NCBI GenBank assembly: GCA_029933295.1
Contig: JAOZOL010000001.1
Location: forward strand, 1 to 44,766
DNA length: 44,766 nucleotides
Origin: Desulfobacterales bacterium
Lineage (GTDB): Bacteria; Desulfobacterota; Desulfobacteria; Desulfobacterales; Desulfosalsimonadaceae
Reading direction: 5' to 3'
Shown here piece by piece: positions 44,338 through 44,766 of the stretch; the first letter of the stretch is position 1, and each line of letters starts with the position of its first letter. The notes below the pieces were generated by a model. The model was not told the origin of the DNA, did no database searches, and saw nothing but the letters and a program-made list of their open reading frames with translations. Made by a program: the position numbers and the translations under genes.

Positions 44338-44766
44338 AAAACTTCCTCGCATAAAAGTTTCACAACCGGCCCAAGAAATCCGCTGACACTTACTGCCTCT
44401 ACGATGCGAAGTTCTTCCTGATCATCATCCGAGATTATTTTTTTTGCCTCATTTTTAATGGATTGTTTAAATTCCACAATATCTCCGACTGCCCGAAAAA
44501 TCCGGGTCAACGCGAGGCGAATATTGCTTGACCGCTTAAGGCTCATCATATCCAGGCTCTGTCTCAGCATTTTCGCATCAATCGTTTCCAGCTGTTCCAT
44601 GGCCTCTTCAATGGGTGATAAAGTGACATTTATTTCAACAGCATCAGTAAGATCAACGTCTTCTTCCACTTCAATTTCTTGCACTTCTATTGGCTTGTCT
44701 TCTGGTTCAGGTTCAGGTTCTGGTTCTGGTTCAATTTTTTTTACTTCTAATGACGTTGCTGCTGCC
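44334..44766 (-). CDS. hypothetical acidic protein with an (EP)n linker, 5'-truncated by the window edge
   Basis: The reading frame stays open to position 44766 (…EVKKIEPEPEPEPEPEDKPIEVQEIEVEED…). The (GGTTCW)n DNA repeat at 44703-44732 encodes the EP repeat. Its stop overlaps the convergent J-like gene stop by 4 nt. No family recognised. Confidence 0.45.
   Translation of the reverse strand, partial: AAATSLEVKKIEPEPEPEPEPEDKPIEVQEIEVEEDVDLTDAVEINVTLSPIEEAMEQLETIDAKMLRQSLDMMSLKRSSNIRLALTRIFRAVGDIVEFKQSIKNEAKKIISDDDQEELRIVEAVSVSGFLGPVVKLLCEEVF

Noticed and set aside
1-44766. Mobile elements, CRISPR arrays, tRNA/rRNA genes and classical defence genes
   Set aside because: I saw no transposase or integrase motifs, no regularly spaced direct repeats, no tRNA-like cloverleaf regions in the intergenic spacers, and no nuclease/helicase/methylase gene sets. 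The window looks like core or accessory energy-metabolism DNA.

Overview
A 44.8-kb chromosomal window, probably from a strictly anaerobic sulfate reducer of the Desulfobacterales type. That placement is inferred from gene content only: formate-THF ligase, many Hdr/MvhD genes, a tetraheme cytochrome c3 and sigma-54 one-component activators. I saw no rRNA, tRNA, CRISPR array, transposase or integrase. Gene order: acyl-CoA dehydrogenase and a BKACE enzyme; a periplasmic rhodanese lipoprotein operon (minus strand); a heterodimeric ABC exporter; fhs; a sigma-54 activator divergent from thioredoxin, a B-box-tagged RACo-like ASKHA activase, DUF1638, DUF4242 and a small J-protein; a membrane protein and an LpxR-like protein. 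A second sigma-54 activator is then divergent from a clear sigma-54 promoter driving a nine-gene Hdr supercluster: Cys-less TusA-like protein, 996-aa double HdrA, mvhD, two paralogous Fe-S proteins, mvhD, hdrC, hdrB, hdrA. Next come a cytochrome c3 / MetV-like / NarI-like cytochrome b / ferredoxin-only operon, two CoADR/Nox-type flavoproteins, a TonB-dependent receptor, and an atypical Hsp70 locus (cNMP-DUF4388 protein, GrpE-like, lidless Hsp70, membrane J-like/DUF1566 protein). The most unusual items are: (1) the Tmc-like membrane module with a MetV-type protein where a CCG subunit is expected; (2) the Hdr supercluster, which has no obvious substrate enzyme; (3) a ~138-bp upstream region duplicated before two unrelated genes, with a compensatory hairpin; (4) the specialised Hsp70 system. 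All family assignments come from motifs read by eye. No database search was run.
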